Source: an uncultured Gemmatimonadales bacterium
Lineage (GTDB): Bacteria; Gemmatimonadota; Gemmatimonadetes; Gemmatimonadales; GWC2-71-9
Length of the DNA: 64,000 bases
Direction of reading: 5' to 3'
Assembly: GCA_963739455.1 (NCBI GenBank)
Contig: CAVUAK010000001.1
Coordinates: forward strand, 416,001 to 480,000
Position 1 is the first letter of the stretch; every line of letters begins with the position of its first letter. The notes under the pieces are model-generated. The model was not told the DNA's origin, searched no databases, and was given only the letters and a program-made list of their open reading frames with translations. The translations under genes and the position numbers were made by a program. This document shows, piece by piece, positions 17,651-28,421 of the stretch.

Positions 17651-18196
17651 CTAGAGCGCGTCGCGGACCGGATCCGGTGGCAGTGCGGGAGCCTGGCAGC
17701 GGAGGACATTGGCAAAGCGGTATCGCAACTGGACCAGGATTGCGCCCGACGGCTGTGGCACCAGGCTCAGGTTGATCGCGTCGAGGTTGGCGGGAATGGT
17801 GGCGTCGCTGATGCGAAGCCACCGCATCTGTGTCTTCGTGGCGGCTGAGGCCGCCCCGTACTTGGCAGTCAGTTGCTCGCCCAGCACGTGGAAGATCCGG
17901 TCCGCCTCGATGTCTACCGCAGCCGTCGAGTCGACTGCCCTACCCCCGACCACCTGGCAGAGACCGGTCGAGTCGCCAACCACCACCGCGTAGACATTCA
18001 GTTCCGGGTGCGGCCGGGGAACCTGCGCCACATAGAAGGTGGGTGGCGTCCCATCCTGTGGCGATAGCGGCCCGGCGATCGCGGCCAGGTCCGTCATGCT
18101 CAGGCCTTCACGCAGCCCGAATGGCGTCGCCTGCGCGTTGGCCAGCGTGGTAACGCATGCCGCTACGGTCGCCAGGATTGTGCTCGCCCGAATCAT
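17651..18196 (-). CDS. Hypothetical exported protein
   Basis: Signal peptide ending ANA-Q; ATGA overlap with the upstream amidohydrolase. Confidence 0.7.
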   Translation of the reverse strand: MIRASTILATVAACVTTLANAQATPFGLREGLSMTDLAAIAGPLSPQDGTPPTFYVAQVPRPHPELNVYAVVVGDSTGLCQVVGGRAVDSTAAVDIEADRIFHVLGEQLTAKYGAASAATKTQMRWLRISDATIPANLDAINLSLVPQPSGAILVQLRYRFANVLRCQAPALPPDPVRDAL

Positions 18197-19482
18197 TGAG
18201 TCTCCACCACGGTTCCGCCCTTCATGACCCACGACACCCTCTCGGTAACAGTGATATCGGTGAGCGGGTTGCCTGGCACGGCGACCAGGTCGGCCAGCCG
18301 GCCCGCCTGAACAATGCCGCGATCGTCGACACCGAGCACCTGCGCCGCATACAATGTGGCACCCCGAAGTGCCTCGATCGGCGCCTGGCCAAGTTGTACG
18401 CGAGTCGCGAACTCGTGTGCATTCTGCCCATGCGGGATCACGCCGGCATCGGTGCCGAACCCGATCTTCACACCGGCCTTCACCGCGCGCTGGAAGCTGG
18501 CGTTGGCCGCGTTCGTCGCCGCGATCGCCTTGGGGCGCATCACGGGCGGCAGGCTCGCCGGGTCAAGCACGTGAGAGAGGTACAGCGTGAAGACCGCCCA
18601 GGTGCCGTTCCGCTTGAGTTCCGCGATCGCCTCGTCGGTGAGGAATGAGGCATGTTCCACCGACGTCACCCCGGCGCGCGAGGCGGCGATGATCCCCTCC
18701 GTGCCATGCGCATGTGCCGCAACCCGCACGCCGTGCATGCGCGCCTCGTCCACCACCGCCTTCATCTCGGCGTCCGACAGCTGCTGAGCACCCACGGGAC
18801 CCTCGAATGAGAGCACCCCTGCCGTCGCGCAGATCTTGATCACCTTGGCGCCATGCTTGATCTGGTAGCGCACCGCCTCCACGAGCTGGTCGGCACCGTT
18901 CGCCACCCCTTCCTTCGGGCCCTGCTCGAGCACGCCGGGAATGAACCCGGTGTCATCGCAGTGACCGCCGGTGGCACCGATGGCATAGGCCGACGGGATG
19001 ATCCGGGGCCCGATCAGGTCGCCCTTGTTGATCGCGTTCATGAGCGCCACATCACTGAAGCCCTTCGCTCCGACGTCGCGCACCGTCGTGAAGCCGGCGC
19101 GGAGGGTGCGCGGCGCGTTGCGGGCCCCGCGGAGCGCGTAGTCCGCCGCACTCCACTCGACCGCCTGATACTGCCAGCCCGGCTCGATATCGAGGGTGAG
19201 GTGGGTATGGAGGTCGATGAAACCCGGCAGGAGCGTGACGTCACCCAGGTCGATGGTGCGGGCACCGTCCGGCGTGGTCACGGGGTTCACCGCGGTGATC
19301 CGGTCGCCCGTCACCACTACCACCGCGGGACTCACAATCGCGCCCTTCTCCACATCCAGCATCCGCGCGGCCCGAATGACGATCGACGCTGGCGGCGGCG
19401 CCTGTGAAAGCAGCCGACTTGCAGGATGGAGCGTGAACAACACCGGAGCGAGCCACCGAACAACACTGGCCCTACGGATCAC
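18193..19482 (-). CDS. Exported amidohydrolase (Xaa-Pro dipeptidase-like)
   Basis: PGFIDLHTH, AHAHG, VEHA, FGTDAG and ADLVAV motifs. Confidence 0.9.
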   Translation of the reverse strand: MIRRASVVRWLAPVLFTLHPASRLLSQAPPPASIVIRAARMLDVEKGAIVSPAVVVVTGDRITAVNPVTTPDGARTIDLGDVTLLPGFIDLHTHLTLDIEPGWQYQAVEWSAADYALRGARNAPRTLRAGFTTVRDVGAKGFSDVALMNAINKGDLIGPRIIPSAYAIGATGGHCDDTGFIPGVLEQGPKEGVANGADQLVEAVRYQIKHGAKVIKICATAGVLSFEGPVGAQQLSDAEMKAVVDEARMHGVRVAAHAHGTEGIIAASRAGVTSVEHASFLTDEAIAELKRNGTWAVFTLYLSHVLDPASLPPVMRPKAIAATNAANASFQRAVKAGVKIGFGTDAGVIPHGQNAHEFATRVQLGQAPIEALRGATLYAAQVLGVDDRGIVQAGRLADLVAVPGNPLTDITVTERVSWVMKGGTVVETQ

Positions 19483-20063
19483 TCCTTGCCTCCGAGAAGC
19501 GCGGATTTGAAGTCTTCACCCGGCCCGGGCTTGGGCCCGATCCACGACTTGAACAGCGCATCGGCGAACGGCTTCCCCGCAATCGTGCCCTTCGGCTGGC
19601 CGGCGATCACCACTCTGGTCCCCCTGGCGGGGAGGTAGGTGAATGCCATCACGTCGCCCTTCTTGAGGTCCTGCATGAAGCCGCACAGCTGCTTGAATTC
19701 TCCCTGCAACTGCGCATCAGCACCGGGCGAGTTGTTCTTCAGGCTCTCGTCCCAGGCCTCGCACATCTTGTCCGCACCGACGTCGCGCACGAACTCCATG
19801 CGCAGCTCGCGCGGCCCGTCCGCGGCGAGGATGGCGTCGGCGTCGTTGTTCTTCGCGGGCAGGTACAGTCCCGCCACGTAGACCTTGAAGACCGCCTTCT
19901 TCCGCAGCGCAGCGCCGTTGAGCATGAGTGACTGGCCCCCGGCTTCGACCGTCGCCGGTACGGTCACGCCGGCGATCTCGGACTGGGCATGCGAACGGGC
20001 AGGAGCAAGCAGGGAAAGGGCGAGCAGGACACCAGCAGCGGGGAAAACAGCGGTGTTTGTCAT
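19479..20063 (-). CDS. Chalcone-isomerase-fold exported protein
   Basis: LNGAALRKK..FKVYVAGLYL and FADALFKSWIG motifs; signal peptide. Confidence 0.85.
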   Translation of the reverse strand: MTNTAVFPAAGVLLALSLLAPARSHAQSEIAGVTVPATVEAGGQSLMLNGAALRKKAVFKVYVAGLYLPAKNNDADAILAADGPRELRMEFVRDVGADKMCEAWDESLKNNSPGADAQLQGEFKQLCGFMQDLKKGDVMAFTYLPARGTRVVIAGQPKGTIAGKPFADALFKSWIGPKPGPGEDFKSALLGGKE

Positions 20064-20116
20064 GGTATTCCTCCCGGGCGTGAAGCTATCGCCCGGCCCC
20101 GAACGGGGCAAATCTC

Positions 20117-20513
20117 CTACATCGGATCACAGGCTGGCTCGCCCTCCCGCTTCGGCCGACGGCCCTCGAAGTCGGTGATCGGTGGCTTCACGTCGGTGGT
20201 ATACCCGAAGTACACGACGCAGCTCCGGCCGGGACTCTTGTCCCACATCCCCTTCGCCGACCATCCACGCTGCGACGCCGAGATCACGACCACGGTCACG
20301 CCCGGCTCGGGCTTGAACCGCAGGGAGTCCACGCTGCCGGCATAGCGCATCTTGCTGTCGAGAGTAGCCTTCCTCCGCTCGCGCGAGTGAACGCAGCGAC
20401 AGCATCACGGATTGACTGGCATTGGGAGGAGGCGGAACGGTGATGCGTGCGCCCTGGGCCGCGACAGCGGCCGGGACAACCAGCAGTGCGAAGGCTTGCA
20501 CGATGAATCGCAT
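20117..20513 (-). CDS. Small exported protein with pilin-head-like domain; frameshift at about 20355
   Basis: Signal peptide; LRSLARAEEGY joins RYAGSVDSLRF..GVTVVVISASQRGWSA..CVVYFG..C across the frameshift. Confidence 0.55.
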
Positions 20514-20545
20514 GCCTGGATGATCGGCAAATCACAGGCCCAACG

Positions 20546-20575
20546 AAAAAGGGTGACCCCTGCATAGGTCACCCT
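20546..20575 (-). terminator. Intrinsic terminator after the GGDEF gene
   Basis: AGGGTGACC/GGTCACCCT stem followed by a T run on the minus strand. Confidence 0.75.
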
Positions 20576-20604
20576 CAAGCCTTCAAGTCCTCAAGCCTTC
20601 AAGC
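20573..20604. repeat. 4x 8-bp repeat CYTCAAGY
   Basis: cctcaagc cttcaagt cctcaagc cttcaagc. Confidence 0.85.
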
Positions 20605-20607
20605 ACC

Positions 20608-21814
20608 TTATCCCGTCATCTCCAGCCCACTCGGCTGCGGAGGGCGCGTGGAACCGAGCGTCAGCCGGCCGGCAACCCGGTTCCGACCGCCTGCCTTGGC
20701 CCGGAACAGCCGCGCATCGGCTTCGTCGATCAACTCCTCTGCGCTCGTGCCGTCGGCCGGGTAGGTGGCGATGCCGGCGCTCACCGTGAGCGACGCCTCG
20801 CCCTGCCCCTTGGGAAGGGTGATCCTCAGCGCCTCGACCGAGGCCCTGATCTGCTCCAGCTTGTCGAACGCGGTGTCGGCACTGGTGTCCGGCAGCAGGA
20901 ACACGAACTCCTCACCGCCATACCGTGCCACCACGTCGCTGCGCCGGGTCATCTGCCGCAACCGGTCGGCAATCGTACGCAGCCCGACGTCGCCGGCGGA
21001 GTGACCGTAGCGGTCGTTGAACTCCTTGAACCGGTCCACGTCGAGCATGACCACCGACAGGGGCTGCTGCATCCGCTGCGCGCGATTCAGCTCGGCGCCG
21101 AGACGCTCGTCGAAGTGACCCCGGTTGAACAGCCCCGTCATCCGGTCAATCGAGGACAGTCGGCGCAGGTCCTTCGCGCGCATGACTATGACGAAGCTGA
21201 AGTACGAGGCGATCCCCAGCACCATGACGCGGGACCAGATGCTGCCCCAGTCGAACTCACCGTACCGACGGATGCCGTCCGTCAGCGAGTTCAGGTCGTA
21301 CATGTGTCACCGCCAGGAACACGAGCCCAAGGTACTGGGCGATCGCCAGGCCGCCGGCAAGAATGCAGAGTCGCGCGTCGTAGCGCAGGCAGGTGGCCGC
21401 CATGGCGAGGAAGTAGCACTCGAACGCCACGCGCGAGTTGGTGGCCACAAGCGGCTGGTCGGTGAGCACGTAGCTCAGCAGGGCCGCACTGATGATGCTG
21501 ACATCGAAGATGGTGCAGACCGCGCCCAGCCAGCGCGGTCGCTGGTCCCGCCGGATGGCAAGGAGGACGATGACCGCGAGGATCAGGGCGATGAGCGTGA
21601 CGACAATGCCGATCCAGTTCTCGGAGAGTTCCGGGTGCGCGAGGTAGCTCCCGACCGGAACGGTCAGCAGCAGCAGCGTCGCCACGATGCGCACGTAGGC
21701 CACGACCAGTTCGCCAGTCTTCCCGGCATCGAGCATGGCCGGGTCGGGGTCACGCCAGACGCGCGCCCACCATCCCGCCGTACCGAACTCTCCCGACCCC
21801 TCGACCTCGCTCAT
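20608..21814 (-). CDS. Membrane diguanylate cyclase; frameshift at about 21300
   Basis: Multi-TM N-terminus; DRMTGLFNR, DVDRFK.FND.YGH and RRSD-VVARYGGEEF (I-site RxxD present). Confidence 0.88.
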
Positions 21815-21893
21815 GCTATTGCAGTTTCCCTTCTGGGGGACACTACCAACCGTGCTGCGCGCGAACCGTGCAAGAAGCGGACTAATTCCGGGA

Positions 21894-23549
21894 CTACATG
21901 AGACGGTACTTCGGGCCACTTCCACCCTCGCGCGGCGTCCAGCGCGGGCCTACCACGTCCGTCGCCTTGCAGTCCACGCAATTCGGTGCATTCACCATGA
22001 GCACATCACCAGCCCGCTCGTAGACGCCGGCGGGGCAGAGATGTGAATAGAAGTCGGCAACTTCGCCGGAAATGTCCTTGCCGACGATCAAGTGGGACGG
22101 GATCGTGTCGCGCGTGGCATTCCCCGACTTGAAGACCGCGTCCACCTTGCTGAAGGTCAGCGTATTGTCGGGCACGAATGGCGTTGACGGAGTTACATCT
22201 CGCGGCGCCTCGGCGTCCTGTGCCATGGCGATCCGGCCACCGGGAAAAACACCTCCCGTGACCGTCATCAGGCCCGCCTTCACGCCGCCCACCACCAGGC
22301 CGTCCTTGAAGGCCAGCCGCATGTTCCGCGTGCGGTACAAATCGTTCATGATGTAGCTGTCGTCGAGCATCCGGTCGTATGCGGCGAGCGCCGCACCGGA
22401 GGTGTCATCGCGCTTGAGGGCCTCGAACGCGACCCGGGCCGCGTAGATGCCTGACTGCATGGCGTAGTGTATCCCCTTCAGGGAGGGGACGTCTACCAGC
22501 CCCAATGTGTCACCCACCATGACCAGTCCATCGCCCGAACGCCGGGACGGCAGCGCGTAATAGCCGCCCTCGGGGATGGTCTTGGCACCCCATTCCAGCA
22601 GTTCCCCGCCCTCCAGGTAGGGCCGGAAGAGCGGATGCAGCTTGATCCGCTGCAGCATCTCATGGACGTCGAGTGACGCACTGTGATAGTCGAGCCCGAC
22701 CACCAGTCCGATCGAGACCTGCGACGGCCCAAGCGGGTACATCCATGTGCCCCCAAAAGCGTCGTTCGGCAAGGGCCATCCGAGCGTGTGAATGACCCGG
22801 TCGAGCGGCCGCTTGGTCTCCCACACTTCCTTGACGCCCAGCGCGAAGATCTGGGGGTTGGAGGAGGTGATTCCCTGCCAGGCCCGGTACGCCTGCCCAA
22901 GGGGCCCCCGCGTTCCCTCTGCCAGCACCGTTACACGCCCCGTCAGGTCGGTCGGCTCGGCGTAGCCGTCGGACGGTTCGCCCTCCCGGTCCAGCCCCGA
23001 TGGCGTGGTTCGAACGCCCCGCACCCGGGCACCATCCACCAGCAGCGAGTCCACCGGAAAGCCCGGGAACAGGTTGATCCCAAGCGCCTCGGCTTCGTCG
23101 CCCAGCCAGCGCACCATCTCTGACAGGGACGCGGTGTAGTAGCCATGGTTCCGCATTGTCGGAGGGGTGGGCAGCTTCAGCGCGCTCCCCGCCGTGAGGA
23201 AGTACACGGCCTCCCCCGACACCGGCTGCCGAAAGGGGAAGTCCTCCAGCTTCTTCTCGGGGAAGAGCTCCTGGAAGGCGCGCGGATTGACCACCGCGCC
23301 CGACAGGCAGTGCTCCCCCAGTGCCCCCGCCTTCTCCAGCACACCGATGTTGAGGTCGGGCATGCCACTGCCCGCCTCCCGGTCCTTCTTGACCAGGCGC
23401 GCAAGCTCGATGGCACAGGCAAGGCCCGCCGGTCCGGCGCCGACAATGACCACGTCCATCTCGATCGCCTCGGCGCTCGGCGCGTCGGGACGGATCAGGC
23501 GATCAACGGGCAGGGCTGGCTGGTGACGAACCGGGAGAATGCGGGCCAA
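21894..23549 (-). CDS. ETF-quinone oxidoreductase
   Basis: VGAGPAGL, LSGAVV, GAKTIPEGG and LKGIHYAM motifs; C-terminal CPAGVY..NCVDCKATD Fe-S region; TTG start inferred. Confidence 0.9.
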   Translation of the reverse strand: MARILPVRHQPALPVDRLIRPDAPSAEAIEMDVVIVGAGPAGLACAIELARLVKKDREAGSGMPDLNIGVLEKAGALGEHCLSGAVVNPRAFQELFPEKKLEDFPFRQPVSGEAVYFLTAGSALKLPTPPTMRNHGYYTASLSEMVRWLGDEAEALGINLFPGFPVDSLLVDGARVRGVRTTPSGLDREGEPSDGYAEPTDLTGRVTVLAEGTRGPLGQAYRAWQGITSSNPQIFALGVKEVWETKRPLDRVIHTLGWPLPNDAFGGTWMYPLGPSQVSIGLVVGLDYHSASLDVHEMLQRIKLHPLFRPYLEGGELLEWGAKTIPEGGYYALPSRRSGDGLVMVGDTLGLVDVPSLKGIHYAMQSGIYAARVAFEALKRDDTSGAALAAYDRMLDDSYIMNDLYRTRNMRLAFKDGLVVGGVKAGLMTVTGGVFPGGRIAMAQDAEAPRDVTPSTPFVPDNTLTFSKVDAVFKSGNATRDTIPSHLIVGKDISGEVADFYSHLCPAGVYERAGDVLMVNAPNCVDCKATDVVGPRWTPREGGSGPKYRLM

Positions 23550-23625
23550 ACGGGACCCCCTGAGATTCAAAAAAGGCGGTTTCGGCGACCGACAATATAC
23601 CATCGCTACGCGCTTCGAGCGGTCA

Positions 23626-23657
23626 CTTCACGTCCTCACGTCCTCACGTCTTCACGT
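23626..23657. repeat. 4x 8-bp repeat CYTCACGT
   Basis: Read directly; lies between divergent genes. Confidence 0.9.
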
Positions 23658-23674
23658 CAGCTATTTTGCTCACC

Positions 23675-24931
23675 ATGCAAACACCTCCGCCGATCCCCGG
23701 CTTTCGTGCAGTTCCTTTCACTGGCGTCATTTACGTCATGGCCGAAGCCGCCCGGCGCGGATACCGCTATGGCCATCCCGACTGGTGCAACCTGGGCCAG
23801 GGACAGCCCGAGACTGGGCCCCTTCCGGGCGGGCCACCCCGTGTCGAACGGGTGGCGATCGAGGTAGACGACCAGGAATACGCTCCGGTACCTGGCATCC
23901 CCGAGATGCGCGAGGCCGTCGCGGCGCTCTACAACTCGCTCTACCGCCGCGGCATGAAGTCGCAGTACAAGGCGGAAAACGTGTGCATCTGTGGCGGTGG
24001 CCGCAGTTCCCTCACGCGCGCCGTCGCGGCGCTTGGCGAGGTCAACCTTGGGCACTTCCTGCCCGACTACACCGCGTATGAAGAGTTGCTCGACATCTTC
24101 AAGCTCTTCACGTCCATTCCAATCCCACTCGACCCCGCGAGTGGTTATCGCTTCTCCGCCGAGGACCTTCGTCGTGAGATCCTGGGCAAGGGGCTGTCAG
24201 CGGTGCTGCTGTCGAACCCGAACAACCCGACCGGCCGCACGGTGCAGGGTGAGGAACTGCAGCGCTGGGTTGCCACGGCGCGCGAGCTCCAGTGCACCCT
24301 GCTGCTCGACGAGTTCTACTCCCACTATGTGTGGACCGGCGCCGAGGATGAGTGGTCGATGGTTTCGGGGGCACAGCATGTGGAAGACGTCAACCGCGAC
24401 CCGGTGGTGCTCTTCGATGGGCTGACCAAGAACTGGCGCTACCCCGGCTGGCGCACCACGTGGGTGGTCGGGCCGAAGCAGGTGATCGAGGCGGTCGCGA
24501 GCACGGGCAGCTTCCTGGATGGCGGCGGCTCGAAGCCACTCCAGCGGGCGGCGCTCCCGCTGCTCGAGCCCGCGCTTGCGCTCCAGGAAACAGCGGCAAT
24601 CCAGAAGGCCTTCCGTCGGAAGCGGAAGCTGATGATGAAGGGGCTCCGCGCCGCCGGCATCAAGCTCGACGTGGCGCCGGATGCGACGTTCTACTGCTGG
24701 GGTGACCTCTCCGGGTTGCCGGAGGGGCTCAATGACGGGATGCAGTTCCTGAAGGCGGCACTGGACGAGAAGGTGATCTGCGTGCCGGGCGAGTTCTTCG
24801 ACGTGAACCCGGGGAAGCGTCGCGCCGGGCGGCCGTCCCGATTCCGGCAGTACGCACGCTTCTCGTTTGGGCCCGACGAAGAAACGGTGAGGACGGGAGT
24901 TGAACGGATCGCCCGGATGGTCAAGCGTTGA
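23675..24931 (+). CDS. PLP-dependent class I/II aminotransferase
   Basis: NLGQGQPE, SNPNNPTG, DEFY and GLTKNWRYPGWR motifs. Confidence 0.9.
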   Translation: MQTPPPIPGFRAVPFTGVIYVMAEAARRGYRYGHPDWCNLGQGQPETGPLPGGPPRVERVAIEVDDQEYAPVPGIPEMREAVAALYNSLYRRGMKSQYKAENVCICGGGRSSLTRAVAALGEVNLGHFLPDYTAYEELLDIFKLFTSIPIPLDPASGYRFSAEDLRREILGKGLSAVLLSNPNNPTGRTVQGEELQRWVATARELQCTLLLDEFYSHYVWTGAEDEWSMVSGAQHVEDVNRDPVVLFDGLTKNWRYPGWRTTWVVGPKQVIEAVASTGSFLDGGGSKPLQRAALPLLEPALALQETAAIQKAFRRKRKLMMKGLRAAGIKLDVAPDATFYCWGDLSGLPEGLNDGMQFLKAALDEKVICVPGEFFDVNPGKRRAGRPSRFRQYARFSFGPDEETVRTGVERIARMVKR

Positions 24932-24950
24932 GGGGTGAGCGGGCGCCGCT

Positions 24951-24990
24951 CCTCACGTCTTCACGTCTTCACGTCTTCACGTCTTCACGT
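24951..24990. repeat. 5x 8-bp repeat CYTCACGT; contains the nadC stop codon
   Basis: Read directly. Confidence 0.9.
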
Positions 24991-25843
24991 CGCGTAGCTC
25001 CAGGCTGATATCTGCCGCGGCGACGCTGTGGGTGAGCGCGCCGATCGAAATGAAGTCCGCCGCCGCCTGCGCGTAGCGCGCGACGTTCTCCAGCGTGATC
25101 CCGCCTGTCGCCTCGATCTCGATTCCCGGTCGTCGGCTTCGCGCGCGGGCACCCCAGTTGGCCACCGTAGCGGGGGTCTGGTTGTCCACCAGCAGTCGCG
25201 TGGCACCCGCGTCGCACGCCTCATCCACCTGCGTGAGTGATTCGACCTCCACGTACAACTCCAGCACACCGAGATCGCGGGCCTGGACCAGCGCGTCCGC
25301 GAGCGTGCGACCGGCCTGGACCAGTGCCCGCCAGTGATTGTCCTTGACCATCACCGTGCGGGCCAGGTCAACACGATGTACCCCGCCGCCACCGGCACGC
25401 ACGGCCTCCACGTCGAAAACCCGGAGCCCCGGCGCCGTCTTCCGCGTGTGCAGGATCACGGCACCTGTGTGCGCAACGGCATCCACATAGCGCCGCGTCA
25501 TCGTCGCGATGCCACATGCCCGCTGCAGGAAGTTGAGGAGGGTGCGCTCAGCGAGCAGCATGCTGCGAAGCGAACCGGATAGCGTGCCCGCCATCGCGCC
25601 GGCCAGCATCCGGTCGCCCTCACGGAACTGCCAGGCGGCAGGCAGCAGGCCGCACGCCACGAGCACGGCATCTGCATAGCGGGTGCCCGCGAGTACCGTA
25701 TCAGACCTGACCTCGAGCGCGCCCTGTGACTCGAGGGAGGCCGGCGTGGTGACGAGGGTGGTGATGTCCCGCGCGCCGTCCTCCGCGAGGGCCCGCCGAG
25801 CCAGCGCGGCGGCGTCATCGAGCACGTCATCGGCTTCGTCCAT
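24977..25843 (-). CDS. nadC: Quinolinate phosphoribosyltransferase
   Basis: ERTLLNFLQ, TRKTAPGLR, KDNH, EATGGIT and ISIGALTHS motifs. Confidence 0.93.
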   Translation of the reverse strand: MDEADDVLDDAAALARRALAEDGARDITTLVTTPASLESQGALEVRSDTVLAGTRYADAVLVACGLLPAAWQFREGDRMLAGAMAGTLSGSLRSMLLAERTLLNFLQRACGIATMTRRYVDAVAHTGAVILHTRKTAPGLRVFDVEAVRAGGGGVHRVDLARTVMVKDNHWRALVQAGRTLADALVQARDLGVLELYVEVESLTQVDEACDAGATRLLVDNQTPATVANWGARARSRRPGIEIEATGGITLENVARYAQAAADFISIGALTHSVAAADISLELRDVKT

Positions 25844-25871
25844 GCCTGACCGCCTGTCGGAAATCCGCCGT

Positions 25872-26891
25872 TCAGTCGCCCGGCTTGCGCGCGACGCCGG
25901 GACCCAGCGCCACCATCCTGTCCACCGCCGCCCGCGCCCGCGTCGCGATCTCCGGCGGCACCGACACGTGGTGACGATCGAGCAGCAGTGAATCCCGGGT
26001 GTTCTCCAGCGTGATCGTCTTCATGTACGCGCACACCGCCTCGGGATCGGCGGCAAGAAATTGCTTGTCCGGGGCGTCCTTCTGCATTCGGTGCATGATG
26101 CCGGTCTCGGTGGCAATGATGAACTCCTTCACTGGCCGCTCCCGCACCAGCTGGATCATTCGCTCCGTCGACGCGATGTGCAGTCCCTCGGCGCTCACTT
26201 CTCCCTCGCCCATAGCGTGGATGAGCTGGCCGGCACAGCCGCACTCGGGATGCACCAGTACCTCGGCATCAGGATGCGCCGCGCGCACCGCTTCCAGCCT
26301 GTCGGGACGGATGCCTGCGTGCACATGGCACTCACCGAGCCACACCTCGACGTTCCGGTGAGGACGCATGCGCCGGACATGCGCCCCCAGGAAGAAGTCG
26401 GGCAGGAAGAGGATCCCCTCGCTCTCGGGAATCGCATCGATCACGTCCAGCACGTTTCCGCTGGTACAGCAGTAGTCCAGCTCTGCCTTCACTTCGGCAG
26501 TGGTGTTCACGTAACCCACCGCGATGTACCCGGGGAAGCGTGCCTTCCACTTCCGCACATCCGAAGCGGTGATCGTATCCGCCAGCGAACAGCCGGCCGC
26601 AAGGTCGGGCAGCAGTACCCGCTTCTGCGGTGACAGGATCGCCGCCGTCTCCGCCATGAAGTGGACACCGCAGAACACGATCACGGCCGCGTCCGTCTTT
26701 GCCGCCTCGCGCGACAGGCCGAGCGAGTCACCCACGAAATGGGCGACGTCCTGCACCTCGGGACGCTGGTAGTTGTGCGCGATGACGACGGCGTCGCGGT
26801 CACGCGCCAGCCGGCGGATCTCGTCCTGCAGCTCGGCGATCCGTTCCGCCGAGAGGCGGTTCGGCTCGATCACGGGAAGGGTGAGGGTCAC
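25872..26891 (-). CDS. nadA: Quinolinate synthase
   Basis: AHNYQ, GDSLGL, FCGVHFMAE, GCSLAD and HPEC motifs; GTG start overlaps the nadB stop. Confidence 0.95.
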   Translation of the reverse strand: MTLTLPVIEPNRLSAERIAELQDEIRRLARDRDAVVIAHNYQRPEVQDVAHFVGDSLGLSREAAKTDAAVIVFCGVHFMAETAAILSPQKRVLLPDLAAGCSLADTITASDVRKWKARFPGYIAVGYVNTTAEVKAELDYCCTSGNVLDVIDAIPESEGILFLPDFFLGAHVRRMRPHRNVEVWLGECHVHAGIRPDRLEAVRAAHPDAEVLVHPECGCAGQLIHAMGEGEVSAEGLHIASTERMIQLVRERPVKEFIIATETGIMHRMQKDAPDKQFLAADPEAVCAYMKTITLENTRDSLLLDRHHVSVPPEIATRARAAVDRMVALGPGVARKPGD

Positions 26892-28384
26892 AGCGGCTGC
26901 CTCGCGGGGCGGGGCGGGAAGTCCGCACGGCGGTGGCTGCCCTGGCTCTCGCGCCGGCCGCGCGCCGACTTCGTGATGAGCTGCGCTACGCTCAGCTGGC
27001 GATGCGTGCGCCATGCAGTATCGGGCGTCGACTTCTGCAGTCGCGCCAGCCCCGCCTCGGCATCGGCCAGGCTGGCCTCGGTGCGCACCACGCCGACACC
27101 GCGCGTCATGATCTCCCGCATCTCCTGTCGGACACTGTCGAATGCCGTGTCGGCGCCGGTATCGGCGTCGGCGTCCATGGTCGCGATGTGCTCCGGGATC
27201 CGCGCGCTTCCCTGCTCGCTCGACACCTCCCGCGCCACACGGTCGGAGAAGACCAGACCCTCGAGGAGTGAATTGGACGCGAGGCGGTTGGCACCATGCA
27301 CGCCGGTGCACGCGACTTCACCGGCCGCCCAGAGCCCGGCACGGGAGGTGTGGCCGTCGAGGTCGGTGCTCACCCCACCCATGGCGTAGTGCAGGGCCGT
27401 GGCTACCGGCAACAGGTCGCGAGCGGGGTCGAGTCCCGCGCCACGCAGCATCGAATGAATGCCGGGAAACTGTGTCGCGAAATCGGAGAGGCCGCGCGCA
27501 TCGAGGAAGGCACCGCCGGCGGCATCCGCCTCGGCCACCGCCCGGGCTACGACATCACGCGGGCCCAGTTCGCCGCGCGCGTCATCATCGAGGGTGAAGC
27601 GGCGCCCGGTCGCGTCAACCAGCAATGCGCCGGCGCCCCGTACCGCCTCCGAGATGAGCGGGGCCGGGTTGACGCCGGAAAGCTTGAGTGCCGTCGGGTG
27701 GAACTGGAGGAACTCGAGGTCACGCAGTTCCGCTCCCACCTCATGGGCGAGCGCCCAGCCGTCGCCGGTGGCGCCGAGCGGGTTGGTGGTGACCGAGAAC
27801 AGCTGGCCCACACCCCCGGTGGCGAGCACGACAGCAGACGCCGGGATGCCGTGCGGACGACCCGCGCCGTCGAGCACGATGGCGCCCACGACACGATCAC
27901 CCTCACGCACCAGCCTCCGCACTTCGGCGTGCTCGAACAACCGGATCTGCGGCAGGTGGCGCACCACCGCGGTCAGGCAGCGCACCAGCATGGCGCCGGT
28001 ACGGTCGCCGTCGGCGTGGAGAATACGCGCACGCGTGTGCGCTGCCTCGAGGCCGAAGCGGAGCCGCCCGTCCGCGGCGCGGTCGAACGCGGCGCCGAGT
28101 GCGAGGAGCTCCCGGATCCGCTCCGGACCTTCGGTGACGAGGATGTCGACGGCTTCAGGATCGGACAGCCCATCGCCGGCGGCGAGGGTGTCCTTCGCAT
28201 GCTGTGCAGGGGAGTCGCCGGGCCCGATCGCGACGGCAATGCCGCCCTGGGCCCAGGCGGTGGCGCTGTCCGAGAGCGTGCCCTTGGTAAGGAGCAGCGC
28301 CTCGCGGCCTTCGCTCGCCAGGCGCCAAGCGGCCCAGAGTCCGGCTACGCCGGCGCCAACAATGAGGGGTACGGGCTTGGACAT
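26888..28384 (-). CDS. nadB: L-aspartate oxidase
   Basis: GAGVAGL, WAQGGIA, QFHPT, SEAVRG and GVHGANRLASNSLLE motifs. Confidence 0.93.
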   Translation of the reverse strand: MSKPVPLIVGAGVAGLWAAWRLASEGREALLLTKGTLSDSATAWAQGGIAVAIGPGDSPAQHAKDTLAAGDGLSDPEAVDILVTEGPERIRELLALGAAFDRAADGRLRFGLEAAHTRARILHADGDRTGAMLVRCLTAVVRHLPQIRLFEHAEVRRLVREGDRVVGAIVLDGAGRPHGIPASAVVLATGGVGQLFSVTTNPLGATGDGWALAHEVGAELRDLEFLQFHPTALKLSGVNPAPLISEAVRGAGALLVDATGRRFTLDDDARGELGPRDVVARAVAEADAAGGAFLDARGLSDFATQFPGIHSMLRGAGLDPARDLLPVATALHYAMGGVSTDLDGHTSRAGLWAAGEVACTGVHGANRLASNSLLEGLVFSDRVAREVSSEQGSARIPEHIATMDADADTGADTAFDSVRQEMREIMTRGVGVVRTEASLADAEAGLARLQKSTPDTAWRTHRQLSVAQLITKSARGRRESQGSHRRADFPPRPARQPL

Positions 28385-28421
28385 CGGCTGGAATATAGGT
28401 GGCCGGGGCGGCACACCTGTG

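Noticed and set aside
23626..24990. Repeat arrays as CRISPR
   Set aside because: Units are 8 bp with no spacers, and there are no cas genes in the window
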